Origin: Octopus sinensis
Lineage: Eukaryota
DNA length: 7,710 nt
NCBI RefSeq assembly: GCF_006345805.1
Contig: NW_021828788.1
Span: 1 to 7,710, forward strand
Direction of reading: 5' to 3'
This document shows positions 6,823-7,710 of this stretch, piece after piece. The stretch's first letter is position 1, and the number at the start of each line of letters is the position of its first letter. The notes under the pieces are model-generated. The model made no database searches. It was not told the origin of the DNA and was given only the letters and a program-made list of their open reading frames with translations. The position numbers and the translations under genes were made by a program.

Positions 6823-7166
6823 AATGTTTTGTTCAGGTATAGCTTCCAATGCGACCGTACGTACGTGTTTGGGTTTGTGAGCGTCTGCATTTGCTCACAA
6901 TCCTCTGTGGAGTGTAATTATGTGTCTGTGTGAGCGATATATAATATAATATACGTATAGTAGAACTACTACAGTCACAAGAGTTTAGGGTCTCTCGGCG
7001 ATAACTAGCACAGACGGCCTCGCCAGCGACTGACTAATTTGACTGACTTGTGCTAATGTTAGCGTGTGTCTGTGTGTCCGTTATGGACGTTGCGCAGCAA
7101 GAAAATATATTCGCATTCTTATCTCCGTTTCTGTGTCTGTCTTTTTATCACTCTCTCTGTCTTTTG

Positions 7167-7175
7167 TCTATATCC

Positions 7176-7209
<34 letters not shown>

Positions 7210-7272
7210 ATATTTCTATCTATCTATCAATCTATCTACTATCAATCTATCTATCTATCTATCTATCTATCT

Positions 7273-7309
<37 letters not shown>

Positions 7310-7434
7310 ATATTTCTATCTATCTATCTATCTTTATATTTCTATCTATCTTTATATTTCTATCTATCTATCCATCTATCTATCTATCTGTCTGTCTGTC
7401 TGTCTGTCTATCTGTCTATCTATCTATCTATCGC

Positions 7435-7515
<81 letters not shown>

Positions 7516-7526
7516 ATATCTATCTA
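7167..7526. repeat. (TCTA)n / (GATA)n tetranucleotide array, ~360 bp, with a (TCTG)n patch and recurrent CTTTATATTT variant
   Basis: Direct inspection; variant at 7206, 7306, 7332 and 7350; TCTG patch at ~7388-7418. Confidence 0.97.
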
Positions 7527-7710
7527 GAGAGGAAGGTTTTGTCCAACGAATGTTTTAATAAAAAGCAGGTAAAAGTGGCAAAAATGGTCAGTATGAAAGA
7601 CGACACTATTTTAAGCATAAATCTGTAACCAAAAGAGACAACGAGAAGTAAGGCGACTTACTCAAGTGTTCTTTTTCGAATTGTCTGAGGTGACCTTGGT
7701 CTTTTTTGTA

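Noticed and set aside
5708-6825. GTAAT as target-site duplication around the four-head array (5708-5712, 6821-6825)
   Set aside because: GTAA is already part of the tail's terminal repeat, so only one base is independent evidence.
6856-6865. Palindrome CGTACGTACG
   Set aside because: It is a short (GTAC)n repeat, which is self-complementary by construction.
7528-7568. Plus-strand 41-nt exon between TAG (7525-7527) and CAG|GTAAAA
   Set aside because: The acceptor is merely the end of the TCTA array, the donor is weak and the peptide is unrecognisable.
254-7628. All ORFs in the supplied track, including 7050..7628 (192 aa) and 1463..1909 (148 aa)
   Set aside because: They are YI/IY, CV, SL or IYLS runs from stop-poor microsatellites plus translated SINE sequence. 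The same peptide fragments recur at each SINE copy and no domain is recognisable.

Overview
Non-coding eukaryotic DNA; no protein-coding gene, tRNA or rRNA gene is supported. About half of the window is tRNA-derived SINE sequence and most of the rest is (TA)n, (TG)n, (CT)n and (TCTA)n microsatellite. From memory, not a search, the repeats resemble the abundant SINEs of Octopus genomes. Family A is bipartite: a ~164-bp tRNA/CORE-like head, an internal (TA)n(TG)n tract and a ~190-bp tail ending in (AAAGAGT)n. It appears as 14 pieces, 13 on the + strand, including two tandem arrays of the head module (296-1489, 5713-6822). Family B is a minus-strand SINE with a tandem 184-bp second unit (4492-4896), and a possible third-family fragment lies at ~2999-3063. 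All track ORFs are read-throughs of microsatellites or SINEs. Most notable: mosaic head arrays, a ~60-bp module with a GTCGA-N5-TCGAC stem shared by families A and B, the 184-bp promoter-truncated unit, and inverted SINE pairs. No new system can be demonstrated from the sequence alone.
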